64,000 bases of DNA from Candidatus Poribacteria bacterium (GTDB lineage: Bacteria > Poribacteria > WGA-4E > PCPOR2b). The position numbers and the translations under genes were made by a program. Below the pieces are notes generated by a model, which saw only the letters and a list, made by a program, of their open reading frames with translations, made no database searches and had not been told where the DNA came from. The stretch spans positions 2,464,001 to 2,528,000 of the forward strand of contig OZ244042.1 of NCBI GenBank assembly GCA_965215015.1, in the 5' to 3' direction. Below are positions 20,792 to 32,092 of the stretch, one piece after another; positions within the stretch are counted from its first letter, which is position 1; each line of letters starts with the position of its first letter.

Positions 20792-22231
20792 ATGCTAAAG
20801 AAGAAACACTTTCGTTATCGAGACATTGATGAGTTACGGACTGAGATTGCCGAACTCGGACTGAGTCTCCGCCTCGAAGAAAAGATTGAAAAACTCCTTG
20901 AGCCTGTCCAAATTGGGCACAAAGTCGCCGGTAACGCATTCGGTATCCACCCGATGGAGGGATGTGATGGCACACTTGATGGCAAGCCGAGCGAACTCAC
21001 CATCCGCCGCTGGGAGCGCTTCGGACGAGGTGGCGCGAAGTTGATATGGGGCGAAGCGACAGCACTTCTTGATGAAGTGAAATCGAACAGTCGTCAACTG
21101 GTAATCAATGACGAAACAGCGAGTTCGATGGAGTCAATACTCAATTTAACGCGCAATGCCCACCGAGAGGAGTTCGGCCCCAATGAGGAGATCATCATTG
21201 GGATGCAGCTGACCCATTCGGGGCGGTATAGCTATCAGAAACCGCTAATCACTTTTCGCCACCCTGTTGTTGACAAAGTAACACTCATCGATAAGAAAAA
21301 CAAGATTCCTATCCCTGATGACTACCCTGTTCTGACCGATGATTATCTGGAGCGTCAGGAGGATATCTTTGTGGATGCTGCTAAGTTGGCATGGAAAATC
21401 GGATTCGACTTCGTTGACCTCAAGCAGTGCCACACCTACCTGCTTTCCGAGCTTTTGGCAGCGAAGACGCGGGAAGGAAAATACGGCGGCAGCTTTGAGA
21501 ATCGCACCCGGTTTATCCGCAACATCATGGGCAAAATTCGGGCGGCTGTCGGAGATAAACTTATCCTTGCTACCCGACTCAACGTCTACGATGGTGTGGC
21601 TTACATGGAAGATCCAGAAACAACGATAGGTATTCCACGGAACATCCCCACGCCTTATCTTTATGGCTTCGGTGTTGATGAAAATAATCCACCACAACCA
21701 GATATGACTGAACCGATTAAATTGGTTGGAATCCTCAAGGAACTTGGGGTCAAGCTAGTTAACGTTACGACGGGCAGTCCATATTTCAACCCACACATCG
21801 GTCGCCCGTTTGAACGTCCACCAATCGACGGTTACGAAACCCCCGAACACCCACTAATCGGTGTCGATCGACATATCCGACTGACGGGAGAAATTCAGCG
21901 TGCCTATCCAGACTTACCAGTTGTAGGCACAGGCTACAGTTGGTTGCAGCAATATCTAGTCAACGCCGCCGAGGCAAATGTTCGGGATGGTCGTGTAAGT
22001 TTCGTTGCGGTGGGACGTGGGGCGTTGGCATATCCCGACTATGCAAGGGATACGATTGAGAGTGGAGAGATGATTAAGAAAAAGGTCTGCGTCGCGGTCA
22101 GTTATTGCACAGCGTTGATGCGTGCGAAGGCGAATCCGCTTGGACAATTTGCTACCGGTTGTGTTCCCCGCGATAAAATTTACGCCCCGATTTACAAAGA
22201 AGCAGAAAGGACGTTGACAAAACGCAGCTGA
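20792..22231 (+). CDS. NADH:flavin oxidoreductase (OYE-like)
   Basis: HPMEGCDG, QLTHSGR, GFDFVDLKQCHTYL, YGGSFENRTRF. Confidence 0.85.
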   Translation: MLKKKHFRYRDIDELRTEIAELGLSLRLEEKIEKLLEPVQIGHKVAGNAFGIHPMEGCDGTLDGKPSELTIRRWERFGRGGAKLIWGEATALLDEVKSNSRQLVINDETASSMESILNLTRNAHREEFGPNEEIIIGMQLTHSGRYSYQKPLITFRHPVVDKVTLIDKKNKIPIPDDYPVLTDDYLERQEDIFVDAAKLAWKIGFDFVDLKQCHTYLLSELLAAKTREGKYGGSFENRTRFIRNIMGKIRAAVGDKLILATRLNVYDGVAYMEDPETTIGIPRNIPTPYLYGFGVDENNPPQPDMTEPIKLVGILKELGVKLVNVTTGSPYFNPHIGRPFERPPIDGYETPEHPLIGVDRHIRLTGEIQRAYPDLPVVGTGYSWLQQYLVNAAEANVRDGRVSFVAVGRGALAYPDYARDTIESGEMIKKKVCVAVSYCTALMRAKANPLGQFATGCVPRDKIYAPIYKEAERTLTKRS

Positions 22232-22269
22232 CCTTGGGTGATTTATCCGTGCATTGGCACGGAAAACCC

Positions 22270-23073
22270 TCTTTATTTTTTTTAATGGAAACGCTTCATT
22301 ACCATCAATTGGCAAAGATTGATGGTCAGAATCAAAAGGTGGAACGCTTAATGCTTTATCAATATCTATGACTTCATTCATTATAGTTTGGCTGCGAGTG
22401 TCTTGTGTCAGATGTTTAAGCTCGCTCAGCCGACGCTCTAAGCCTCGCATCCGTTCTGGTTTTTTAGGGTTGTCCTTACAATGCGACCCATCTGAAGCAC
22501 GGTCATATTAAGATCTTACCACGCCTTACGGATGATATGATCATCAGGATCTTCTACGACAGTATACGTAGTTGCAAATGATGAGGTACCACTCTTGATT
22601 AAATGCCCATCATGTTCAAAAGGATTTTTCACAGGCATTAACTTAAAAAAAACATAATCGCCCTCTTTAAGAACACAAAAACCTGATACTTTCACCCAAC
22701 CTGCTGCATCACGCCGTGGTCCACCAACCTGAACAAAAGTTACGGTTCATTGAGGGGGCGTTTGTCTTTCTCCTTTTGCCTGTTGTTCTGGAGGGTTTGT
22801 TCTTTTATTGGCAAGATGCTCAATCTGCTTCTTGATATTCTCATCAACACGGACTGTTACAAGACTACTAGGGAGATATGACTCACGCTGAAAAACAGAA
22901 GAGACATAAATTACTTCGCCAATGATGATATGTCTTGCGTCAAGCGTTCTTTTCGTATCAAGTGTAGTGAAGTCAAATTCATCCGCAAGATATAACAAGG
23001 CATAACAGTCAAGTAGACATACTAGTGATAAGGTGATTATCAGGATTAGCGTTACAAAAGGTTTGGCGTTCAT
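22270..23073 (-). pseudogene. Secreted hypothetical protein pseudogene
   Basis: Signal peptide; coding-like reading continues past an in-frame TGA (22747) and a TAA (about 22516), then shifts frame in an A-run into the MRGLERR segment; 3' end approximate. Confidence 0.55.
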
Positions 23074-23199
23074 GGTGAATCCTTTGTTAATGTAACTTGA
23101 CTATCATTGATGGCAGTCAGAAAATTAACTGTCATAATCTTAGCATGTGAAACTGAGGGGATAAACCCTCACTCAGTATCATAGCAAATGCAATACCCT

Positions 23200-23410
23200 C
23201 GTAGTTCGGTGATGAGTCACTGGACCATACGACTCACAACGCCCGATGAATCGGGCAACTACGGCTTATCCGACAGTAGTATGTACGCTCCGCGTGCTGT
23301 CCCCCCCCTCTACTCCCCCCACAAGGGGGGGGACGGCATACGGCGTATGCCTACTACCTTAAAGAGGCGGGTTGAATTGCGCGACTGCAAATTCAAGTGT
23401 GTAACTTCTA
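23200..23410. repeat. MITE/REP composite (right TIR plus GTAG-type palindromes)
   Basis: CGCCCGATGAATCGGGCAACTAC, GGCATACGGCGTATGCCTACTAC, end AAGTGTGTAACTTCTA; same modules as 42252-42669. Confidence 0.7.
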
Positions 23411-23536
23411 TTTTATAAAAAAAATACATGGGATTATGAGTGTCTGACTCCAGAGGTTAAACACAACACCTTCATAAATCATGTCCTTACAGCGGATATC
23501 TACTATATGCGTATTTTTTTAGAGAGAACGAGATAA

Positions 23537-24646
23537 ATGACCGCACAAGAATTGCCCCTTAAAGCCGCTATGGTTGGTCTCCACATCCACGCCGGCAGCC
23601 TACACCCCGATAAAAGCCACGGTCTGCTCAAGTCATTCAAAGGGCAGGAAGGCGTTGAGATCGTAGCGTACTGTGAATCCTCGCCGGACCAAGCGGAAGC
23701 ATTAGATGAAATTCGCCACGCTGATCCAGATGCCCGCATCTACACCGACCTCAACGGCTTGATGGCGAATGAGGATTTCGACTTTGCCGTTATTATGTTA
23801 CCTCCCAATGAGGCGACGCCCGCGGCACTGCGTCTGGCGGAGTTAGGCAAACATCTCTTCATCGAGAAACAGGCTGCACGCACCGCCGCGGATATGCGAC
23901 CACTCTGCGATGTCGTTGCCAACAAAGAGCTGGTGACACAGGTGGGCTATCCTTGGCCCCATCACCCCGTACCGATTGAGATGAAGCGTCTCATTGACGC
24001 CGGTGCCCTTGGACGGTTGGTGGACATGGAGGCACGCCTTGTCACGATTCAGGTGAAGCCGGGGCTCCGTGAACCAGATTTCTGGATGTATCGAAGCGAG
24101 AGTGAAGGCGGCGGCATCCTCCACATGGAAGGCGGGCACTGGCTGACTCTGTTCCGCTTCTTCAGCGGTGCAGAGGCGAAATCGGTGACAGCACTCTGTG
24201 GACGGGGTGTAGGTTATATTGAGGAAGGCTTGGAGGACGTGGCGACGGTTGCGTTGGAGTTTGACAACGGTGTCCATGCCTGCTTGCACATGGGGTATCT
24301 GCTATCCGGCGCAGGACCGCGGAATGACACCTATTTTGGACTCCGGGGAACACTCGGTGCTGCTACTTGGCAGCCCACCGGCGAGGGTAACTTCACGGTT
24401 ACCAGCATTGCGCCGGGCTGGGAGGCTGCGCCGGAACGGCAATTCAGGGTGAAAATCGCGCACCGTCCGGTCTATGCAGACCAGTGGGGTTTCGAGTTCG
24501 TTACCGAATTTATCCGTGCGATTCGTCAAGGGGGCAAGACGACGGTCAGCATCCACGATGCCTATCAGGTGATGCAGGTTATTGATGGTAGCTACGAATC
24601 TTCCCGGACCGGACGGCGGATTGAGTTGAGCTCATCTCCTGGATAG
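23537..24646 (+). CDS. Gfo/Idh/MocA oxidoreductase
   Basis: KHLFIEKQ, GGGILHMEGGH, EDVATV. Confidence 0.85.
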   Translation: MTAQELPLKAAMVGLHIHAGSLHPDKSHGLLKSFKGQEGVEIVAYCESSPDQAEALDEIRHADPDARIYTDLNGLMANEDFDFAVIMLPPNEATPAALRLAELGKHLFIEKQAARTAADMRPLCDVVANKELVTQVGYPWPHHPVPIEMKRLIDAGALGRLVDMEARLVTIQVKPGLREPDFWMYRSESEGGGILHMEGGHWLTLFRFFSGAEAKSVTALCGRGVGYIEEGLEDVATVALEFDNGVHACLHMGYLLSGAGPRNDTYFGLRGTLGAATWQPTGEGNFTVTSIAPGWEAAPERQFRVKIAHRPVYADQWGFEFVTEFIRAIRQGGKTTVSIHDAYQVMQVIDGSYESSRTGRRIELSSSPG

Positions 24647-24728
24647 CCGAAACCACGCTCCAATTGGACGCCTTGGCTCGTGAGTCGGGGTGTTGCTATT
24701 CTAAGATTATTAAATAGGAGGATACGCG

Positions 24729-26144
24729 GTGGCAACTATGATTCCTTTTTTTCAACAGGTCAACTTAAACTTTGATAAAGCGGCGCGGTTTACCAAACAT
24801 TCCGATGGTCTACTACAGCAGATTAAAATTTGCAATAGCGTTTATCACATGACGTTCCCGATTAAAAAGGACGATGGAACAATCGAGACAATTCACGCCT
24901 GGCGAGCTGAGCATAGTCACCACAAACTCCCAACAAAAGGGGGAATCCGTTACAGTACGTTGGTAAATGAGGATGAAGTGATGGCACTTGCGGCATTGAT
25001 GACGTACAAATGCGCCATCGTTGATGTACCCTTCGGCGGAGCAAAAGGCGGGGTGCAGATCGACCGCAAACGATATTCTCTGAGTGAGTTGGAACGCATC
25101 ACACGGCGTTATACCTACGAATTGATACAGAAGAACTTCATCGGACCGGGAATAGATGTTCCTGCACCGGATTTCGGTACGGGGGAACGCGAAATGGCAT
25201 GGATTATGGACACGTATATGACAATGACGCCTGAAAAACTGGATGTGGCCGCGTGCGTTACTGGAAAACCGATTGCCGAGGAAGGGGTGCATGGGAGAAA
25301 GGAAGCGACAGGTAGGGGGATTTACTTCGGACTTCGAGAGGTGTGTAGCTCTACTGAGGATATGAAAGTACTAGGGCTTCAGCCAGGTTTGGTGGGAAAG
25401 GCGGTTGCCGTGCAAGGGTTCGGCAACGTTGGCTATCACGCGACGAAATTTTTGCAGGAAGACGGTGCCGTTATCGTTGGGATAGCGGAATATAATGGGG
25501 CCATCCACAATCCCAAGGGGTTAGATGTTGGGAAAGTTGTCTCATATCGTAGCGAAACGGGTTCAATCCTCAACTTTCCCGGCGCAACCACATACCAGAA
25601 TCCTACCGATGTTCTTGAATTGGAATGCGATATACTGATTCCAGCGGCACTTGAAAATCAGATTACCCGTGAGAACACCGCCCGGATTAAAGCCAAAATC
25701 ATTGCCGAAGCCGCGAACGGTCCCACCACTTTTGAAGCGAACGAATCCCTTAGAAAAAGAGGCGTGATGATTATTCCCGATACTTATCTGAATGCAGGGG
25801 GCGTAACAGTTTCTTATTTTGAATGGCTTAGAAACCTTTCACATGTGCGATTCGGACGGTTGGGAAAACGGTTTGAGGAGAGCATGCAGACAAGTATGCT
25901 GAAGGCAGTTGAGAAAATAACGGGGAAGGAACTTACCCAAGCGCAGATGCAACAGTTGGCACATGGGCCGGATGAAGCGGATTTAGTCAACTCCGGGCTT
26001 GAAGATACGATGATTGTTGCATATAATCAAATTCGAGAAACCCAAAAGCAGAACAGAGAAGAAGTTGACTTGAGAACAGCTTCCTTTATCAATGCGATTA
26101 ACAAAATCGCGACCTCCTATATGGAACTAGGTATCTTTCCATGA
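24729..26144 (+). CDS. gdhA: Glutamate dehydrogenase (Glu/Leu/Phe/Val family)
   Basis: [39 protein letters not shown]. Confidence 0.93.
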   Translation: MATMIPFFQQVNLNFDKAARFTKHSDGLLQQIKICNSVYHMTFPIKKDDGTIETIHAWRAEHSHHKLPTKGGIRYSTLVNEDEVMALAALMTYKCAIVDVPFGGAKGGVQIDRKRYSLSELERITRRYTYELIQKNFIGPGIDVPAPDFGTGEREMAWIMDTYMTMTPEKLDVAACVTGKPIAEEGVHGRKEATGRGIYFGLREVCSSTEDMKVLGLQPGLVGKAVAVQGFGNVGYHATKFLQEDGAVIVGIAEYNGAIHNPKGLDVGKVVSYRSETGSILNFPGATTYQNPTDVLELECDILIPAALENQITRENTARIKAKIIAEAANGPTTFEANESLRKRGVMIIPDTYLNAGGVTVSYFEWLRNLSHVRFGRLGKRFEESMQTSMLKAVEKITGKELTQAQMQQLAHGPDEADLVNSGLEDTMIVAYNQIRETQKQNREEVDLRTASFINAINKIATSYMELGIFP

Positions 26145-26193
26145 ACCACCCGAATCTAAAGACTTGAGTTTCCACACCTGAAGGAGTTTTTTG

Positions 26194-27318
26194 ATGCAAA
26201 TAACACATATCGGTTCAGTCTTATTGAAACGTACCGGTTGGGTGCTAATCAAGGTCAAGACCGATGAAGGCATCACCGGCATCGGGGAAGCCTACCACGG
26301 GGCAGGGGTTCATCAAATCGCCGTGGACGAACGGTTGACAAGGCCATTAATCGGTCAAGATCCACGGAACGTCGATAAATTATTCCGCGATATGATGGGT
26401 TCTATGTCCGCTTCGGGCTTTTATCAAGGGGCCGTGATGAGTGCTATCAGCGGGATAGAAAGTGCACTGTGGGACATCACCGGACAGGCGGCTGGCGTTC
26501 CGATTTGGCAGCTGCTGGGAGGCAAGTTTCGCGATAAGATACGGATTTATAACGATTGTCATGCCGGCGAAACAGAGACTCCTGAAGCATACGCAGCCAA
26601 AGCACGCGAAGTTGAATCACAGGGTTTTACCGCTATCAAATTTGACATTGACCCACTCCCGTCCCGTCGAGACCGATACAATCGTTGTATCAGCAACGAC
26701 GACATCGCCCACTATGTCGAGGTGGTAACGGCTGTCCGCGAAAGCCTAGATTCTAACACCGACCTCGCGATAGATGCCCACTGGTTTTACGCCCCGGTGG
26801 ACATTCTGAAAATCGCACACGCCTTTGAGGACCTAAATCTACTCTGGTTGGAAGATCCCATCCCACCCGAAAATATAGCAGCGATGGAAGGTGTAACAAA
26901 ATCCACGCGTACACCGATTTGTACCGGAGAGAATTTTTATACCCGATTTGGCTTCCGAGACCTGATCGAAACTCAGGCAGCAGACATTATTTCGCCAGAT
27001 ATGGCAAAGGCGGGAGGGCTGCTAGAGGGAAGGCGCATCGCAGACCTAGCGGATATGTACTACATCCCCATCGCCCCGCACAATATCGGTAGTCCCGTCC
27101 AAACTGTTGCAAACTGTCATGTGATGGCAGCTGTGCCCAACTTCCTCATCTTGGAATTCCATCACTTGGACGACCCTTTTTGGGAAGGGATTGTCAATGA
27201 GGGTCCCTTAATTCAAGAAGGTCATATTGATGTGCCAAATCTTCCCGGATTGGGGGTCACTTTGAATGAAGACCTACTTAAAAATAACTTCAGGGAAGAA
27301 TTGGGATTCTTTGATTGA
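26194..27318 (+). CDS. Mandelate racemase/muconate lactonizing (enolase superfamily) enzyme
   Basis: ISGIESALWDI, KFD, IDAH, WLEDP, TGEN, APHN. Confidence 0.9.
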   Translation: MQITHIGSVLLKRTGWVLIKVKTDEGITGIGEAYHGAGVHQIAVDERLTRPLIGQDPRNVDKLFRDMMGSMSASGFYQGAVMSAISGIESALWDITGQAAGVPIWQLLGGKFRDKIRIYNDCHAGETETPEAYAAKAREVESQGFTAIKFDIDPLPSRRDRYNRCISNDDIAHYVEVVTAVRESLDSNTDLAIDAHWFYAPVDILKIAHAFEDLNLLWLEDPIPPENIAAMEGVTKSTRTPICTGENFYTRFGFRDLIETQAADIISPDMAKAGGLLEGRRIADLADMYYIPIAPHNIGSPVQTVANCHVMAAVPNFLILEFHHLDDPFWEGIVNEGPLIQEGHIDVPNLPGLGVTLNEDLLKNNFREELGFFD

Positions 27319-27418
27319 ATCAGACGCAATGGCCAAATGGAAAGAGCCAAAAAAAGCCTAGAATGTTGAAATATTACCATATCTCCTACGGTCAACCCCA
27401 ATTTTCCAAATCTATGTA

Positions 27419-28381
27419 CTAATCCATACGTTCCACCCATTTGTTAGGTGCTGTATCGATTTCAGCCCGCACAGCGTCTGTCAACTGCCAACCAACTGCT
27501 CCCATATTATCCTCTACCTCGGAGGCGTGTCGCGCTCCAACAAGCGACACACTGACCGCAGGATTGGAAAATACCCAATTGAGTGCAAGCTGGGGAAGTT
27601 TCTTCCCAAGTCGCTCTGCGATCGGTTTGAGTTCGTTGACCGCTTGAACGTTGCGCTTAAAAACCTCTGGCATGAACAACTTCAGCGACATATCCCATCC
27701 TCCACTACGCCGCCAATCCCCTTCCTCAAACGTGGTTTCCTCAGTAAATGCGCCCGTCAGCAAACCGTAGGCGAGCGAGCCGTATGTCATGACACCAATC
27801 CCGTTCTCTTCGGCATAGGGGAAGATCCACTTTGCCATACGTCGATCAAAGAGATTACAGCTATACTGCAAAACCTCAACCGGACGCATTGACGTGCACG
27901 TCTTGATTTCATCGAGCGTAAAATTCGATAGCCCGACATAACGCACCTTACCCTGTTGGACAATTTCCTCTAGTGCCTGCATTGTTTCGTCAAAGGGAGT
28001 TGTGCGGTCTGGCCAGTGAACTAGATACACATCAACATAATCGGTGTTCAGTGCCTTCAGACTCCGGTCAATCGCAGCGTGTGCCATGGATCGCCGGCTA
28101 TCCCTCCCTTTCGGACGGTCCTCGTAACCTACGCCGAACTTGGTGACGACGATAACGTCTTTCCGCCGGCCTCCCAATGCTTTTGCCAACAACGCCTCAG
28201 ATCTGCCCTTTCCGTAGCCTTCGGCAGTGTCAAAGCAGTTGATTCCGAGGTCTAGAGCGCGATGAATTGCTCCAATGACCTCCGATTCCTCAATGGAACC
28301 GTAACCGCCCCCCATCTCCCAGCAACCAAATCCAATCGCTGAAACCTGCAGCCCTGTTTGACCAAATGGACGATATTCCAT
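27419..28381 (-). CDS. Aldo/keto reductase
   Basis: VSAIGFGCW, FDTAEGYG, DVYLVHWPD, GKVRYVGLSN. Confidence 0.9.
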   Translation of the reverse strand: MEYRPFGQTGLQVSAIGFGCWEMGGGYGSIEESEVIGAIHRALDLGINCFDTAEGYGKGRSEALLAKALGGRRKDVIVVTKFGVGYEDRPKGRDSRRSMAHAAIDRSLKALNTDYVDVYLVHWPDRTTPFDETMQALEEIVQQGKVRYVGLSNFTLDEIKTCTSMRPVEVLQYSCNLFDRRMAKWIFPYAEENGIGVMTYGSLAYGLLTGAFTEETTFEEGDWRRSGGWDMSLKLFMPEVFKRNVQAVNELKPIAERLGKKLPQLALNWVFSNPAVSVSLVGARHASEVEDNMGAVGWQLTDAVRAEIDTAPNKWVERMD

Positions 28382-28450
28382 AGCTTGCCTCCAGTCTTTT
28401 CCTTATGGACATTGGAAGTGCATTATATGGTTTTTGCGTTCAACCTCAGA

Positions 28451-29299
28451 CTACTGAAGAATCCGTTGATCGCTGAGGTCTTTGCCGCCAACGCTCTTAG
28501 AGATAGTCGCACCACGATATTCCTTAATTTCCAACTCATGAAAGGCGTTGACAATGTGATATTGGGTTGGCAGGTCTTCCCACCTCGCTTTATGAAACTC
28601 CACTGTTCCCTCACCCCGCCACATCTCTTTGGTAACGCTATTGCTCCCCTCTGCCGGCGTGAGTACGGCATAGCCGACATCACCTTGACCCCATTCCCCA
28701 GTTCGGGGCATATATTTATAGTGCAAGGTCCCCCGCAGCACACCATCATCTGGGGGTGCTGCTGCCGGTGCAGGGTTTGTATCCAATTCTATCTGCGTCA
28801 TGTTAGTTAGTTTCATATCCAAGAACTTGAAGCCGAGCCAACTGGCGATGCAGTGTGTGTCTCCGCGAAGCACGACTGGCTCTGGCAGTTCGCAATAGAT
28901 TTTGGAGAAGCCTAGCTGCTCACGCCCCGTGAGGATCGGATCGCACAGATTTTCCCAAAGCACTGTCAGCAGCCCGCCTTCAGCGCGGTCTCGCTCCCCG
29001 CTGAAGATAGCAGGAAAGCTGACGCCGAGGACATTGTATCCACGACCCGCCAACCACTCAATCTCCGTCATATAGGACGCAGATACACTGACCACCGGCT
29101 CCGCACCGACCTCAAAGCGTTCGGGCAAAAATTCCTCCAGCTGCTCACGATTCGTCAAAAAACTGACCGATATGGATGTCGACTTCGGGCTATCCTTGCA
29201 CTCGAATTTACGTCCACAGGGGCCCTGCCTCGGCCCCATGCTTGGACCAAAGTGTGTTGGCATCATATACATCTTGTCAGGTCGAAGTTTGTAAGGCAT
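28451..29299 (-). CDS. Acetoacetate decarboxylase-like family protein
   Basis: VLWENLCDPILTGREQLGFSKIY (GRE..G..K Schiff-base motif). Confidence 0.75.
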   Translation of the reverse strand: MPYKLRPDKMYMMPTHFGPSMGPRQGPCGRKFECKDSPKSTSISVSFLTNREQLEEFLPERFEVGAEPVVSVSASYMTEIEWLAGRGYNVLGVSFPAIFSGERDRAEGGLLTVLWENLCDPILTGREQLGFSKIYCELPEPVVLRGDTHCIASWLGFKFLDMKLTNMTQIELDTNPAPAAAPPDDGVLRGTLHYKYMPRTGEWGQGDVGYAVLTPAEGSNSVTKEMWRGEGTVEFHKARWEDLPTQYHIVNAFHELEIKEYRGATISKSVGGKDLSDQRILQ

Positions 29300-29483
29300 G
29301 TTATCCTCCTGTTGATTTGAACTCTAGCGGTTATATACTTGAACAAAAGTCAGGCATATTTTGTAAGACATAGTAGATTCAGATGCTAAACGCCTACTAT
29401 TTAAAATACCGTACCACCTTGATATAAATTGGAATCTTCACTGACGATGTTTAATCTTCCCCCATATCGTTGCGAGCTTACTG

Positions 29484-29573
29484 CTTCATTCGTAGGAATA
29501 CGACTCACACGAGGGGCAGGTGCTTGTTCACCGCTGGAAGAGGGGAACCAACCCGTTAACATCTGCTCTCGAC
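29484..29573. repeat. About 90-bp dispersed repeat, copy 1
   Basis: CTTCATTCGTAGGAATACGACTCACACGAGG...ATCTGCTCTCGAC, also at 40021-40113. Confidence 0.85.
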
Positions 29574-30667
29574 CGCTCAATCTCACGCTGGAGATCTCGG
29601 TCGCCCATGTTTTTTGCCAGTTCTAACGCCTTCCTAAAATCCTCCCTCCCTTTATAGTGCCTTATCGCTTCCTTTGCCAAACCTCGATAGTAGTAGGCAC
29701 GAGCATTGTCTCTATCCAGTCGGAGAGCCGCGTCATAATCAGTAATAGCATTGAAATATTGTCCGTTGTTGTATTTTGCCTACCCCCGCCACAAGTAGGT
29801 ATAGGCAGCATTGGGGGCAAGTCGGACAGCGGTGTCATGATCGGCAATCGCAGCAACATATTGTTTCCGGTCCGATTTCACCCTGCCCCGATTGGAGTAG
29901 AGATAAGCAGCATTAGGATCAAGGCCTATCGCTGTGTCATAATCGGCAATCGCCGAAGCGTGTAGTCCTAACCTAAACCTTGCCCAGCCGCGACTGTGGT
30001 AGGCATAGATAGCATCGGGATTAAGACTTATCGCCTTAGTATAATCAACAATCGCAGCGATATGTTGTCCTAATTCAGCCTTTGCCTTGCCCCGATAGTA
30101 ATAGGATTTAGCATTAGCCGGATTGCGACTTATCGCCATGTCATAGGCACTTATCGCTTCAAAGTATTTCCCCTTATCCGCCTTTGCTTTTCCCCGATCA
30201 ATGTGTGTCTTGCTGTTCTCAGCCGGTTTATCAACCTTTGTACACGAATCTATAATGATTGCTACTATAATGCTTGCTATCTCCGCAAGAACAACGACGA
30301 TAAGCACCATGCCTCCACAACCTACCCAAAACGAAAACCCATTACTACCTGTAACCTCAGTTCCATCTATATCATGCTCATCCGGATTACTATTCTTAGT
30401 CTCGGCTTGCTGTTGGGCATTTTCGGCTTCAGCCCTCCGTTTTGCCTCCGCCTGTTTCCGAGTTTCCTCCGCTTGCCGGCTTGCCTTAGCGTCGTTCTGG
30501 ATATATTCCCATGCATCGTGAAGATATCGGAACATAGCAGTCGCATTGGGAGCAGGGTTTCTATCCGGATGATAGTGGAGCGATAGCTTGCGGTATGCCC
30601 GCTTGGCTTCATCTAACGACGCATCTGCTTCCAATCCTAATATCTCAAGAGCTTTCTGGCGTGTCAT
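29528..30667 (-). pseudogene. DnaJ J-domain + TM helix + TPR protein with internal TAG
   Basis: HPD motif (YHPDRN); TPR register continues in frame beyond TAG at 29780-29782 (RG*AKYNNGQYFNAITDYDAAL). Confidence 0.75.
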
Positions 30668-30668
30668 T

Positions 30669-30998
30669 TCAAAAATCTGTCCTTGTTAACTTACTATAAA
30701 AATGCCACGCTACGGCGCGCATGTCACGATCTGTTCTTATGCGATCTTGTGCTACCGTTAGAAAATCACTTAGAGCTCGACGAAAACACCCTTTTTCGCT
30801 TTCGATCTCGCCCTTGTAATAAAGAGCTCTACCCCTACAATAATACAATTTCATTCGCTCAGTCCGTAAATCCATACACGAAAGCAGACGTTCTATCGTG
30901 TCGGTGCAATCATTCTTATCAGAAATGTCCCATTTCCGCATATCGACTGCGTAATTCCTATATTTATTATATGGTTTCTGACAAAATAAATACAACAT
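30669..30998 (-). CDS. Small TPR-like protein, possibly 5'-truncated by the adjacent MITE
   Basis: YYCRGRALYYKG...ALSDF; stop abuts the J-domain gene start. Confidence 0.45.
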   Translation of the reverse strand: MLYLFCQKPYNKYRNYAVDMRKWDISDKNDCTDTIERLLSCMDLRTERMKLYYCRGRALYYKGEIESEKGCFRRALSDFLTVAQDRIRTDRDMRAVAWHFYSKLTRTDF

Positions 30999-31014
30999 AA
31001 ATTTTTAACCCTGA

Positions 31015-31146
31015 TAGGACTTACGCAGTTGACCCCCCGATGCCAACACCAGAAAAGGTCGCGCAATGTTCATCTGTCGGGCGATTTATCGTCTCTGGTG
31101 ATGCAGGTTGAATTACATTACTACAAACTCAAGTGCGTAACTTCTA
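31015..31146 (+). mobile_element. MITE, short copy
   Basis: TAGGACTTACGCAGTTG ... CAAGTGCGTAACTTCTA. Confidence 0.8.
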
Positions 31147-31171
31147 CCTGATTTGCCTCCAATTTTTATTG

Positions 31172-31200
31172 TTGACAAAATTTTCCGGGTGTGCTATGCT
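31172..31200 (+). promoter_or_regulatory. Sigma70 promoter
   Basis: TTGACA-17 nt-TATGCT with upstream TGTG. Confidence 0.7.
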
Positions 31201-31206
31201 ATCTAT

Positions 31207-31388
31207 ATCCTTTGAAATGAAAGGAGGTGATCATTCTTGTTACCATCTAGTGGAATGATCAAGGGAGGTGCTGTCTTTTAGGAGACAGTGCTTCCCCATC
31301 AAGGGAGATTCCTCTTAGGAGACGGTTCTTCCCTTGATCTCAACCTTAGATGCAGAGCAGGGCTAATTTTTTAGCCCTGCTTTTTTAT
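31207..31388 (+). ncRNA. Candidate small RNA or leader with tandem hairpins and intrinsic terminator
   Basis: Promoter, three hairpins, then AGCAGGGCTAA..TTAGCCCTGCT + T-tract; contains AAAGGAGGTGATC. Confidence 0.6.
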
Positions 31389-31411
31389 TTTACGAAAGAG
31401 AGGACAAACCG

Positions 31412-32038
31412 ATGACACAAACACCACCGGATACGGCAGTTGTTCTGTTTGATGGCAAAGATCTCAACAATTGGACGAAACTTGATGGAGGAGCACCGGC
31501 TTGGGAGGTCGCTGATGGCGCGATGACCGTGACCGCCGGCGCGGGCGACATCGTGAGTCGGGAGCAGTTTACCGATTTTCTGCTGCACTTGGAGTTCATG
31601 ACGCCTGATATGCCAGATGCAACTGGTCAAGCAAAGGGGAACAGTGGGGTATTCCTTCAGGGACGGTATGAAATCCAGGTACTAGATTCATACGGGATTG
31701 ATGTGCCGGGCATGGGAGATTGTGGCGCGATTTACAACCAATGTGCATCGTTGGTGAACGCTTGCAAACCGCCGCTTGAATGGCAAACATACCACGTGAT
31801 ATTCCGCGCCGCTCGCGTGAGTGAGTCGGGAGAGATAGAAGAAAACGCGCGCGTGACCGTGCTGCAGAACGGGATTGTGATACAGAATAATGTCCAAATA
31901 CTGGGCACTACAGGTGGGGCGACGGACGAAGATGCTGCAGAGCCGGGAGCCTTACGACTGCAAGACCACGGCAACTCGGTCAAGTATCGCAATATTTGGG
32001 TTGTACCGCTTCCTCTGAAGGGTTCAGACCTATACTAA
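31412..32038 (+). CDS. DUF1080 (3-keto-disaccharide hydrolase-like)
   Basis: LFDGKDL, GNSGVFLQGRYEIQVLDS, LQDHG. Confidence 0.88.
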   Translation: MTQTPPDTAVVLFDGKDLNNWTKLDGGAPAWEVADGAMTVTAGAGDIVSREQFTDFLLHLEFMTPDMPDATGQAKGNSGVFLQGRYEIQVLDSYGIDVPGMGDCGAIYNQCASLVNACKPPLEWQTYHVIFRAARVSESGEIEENARVTVLQNGIVIQNNVQILGTTGGATDEDAAEPGALRLQDHGNSVKYRNIWVVPLPLKGSDLY

Positions 32039-32092
32039 TTTGACGCTGGTGAAGTGCTACTTCGTAACCTGAAATACGACCCGGTTTGTTGA

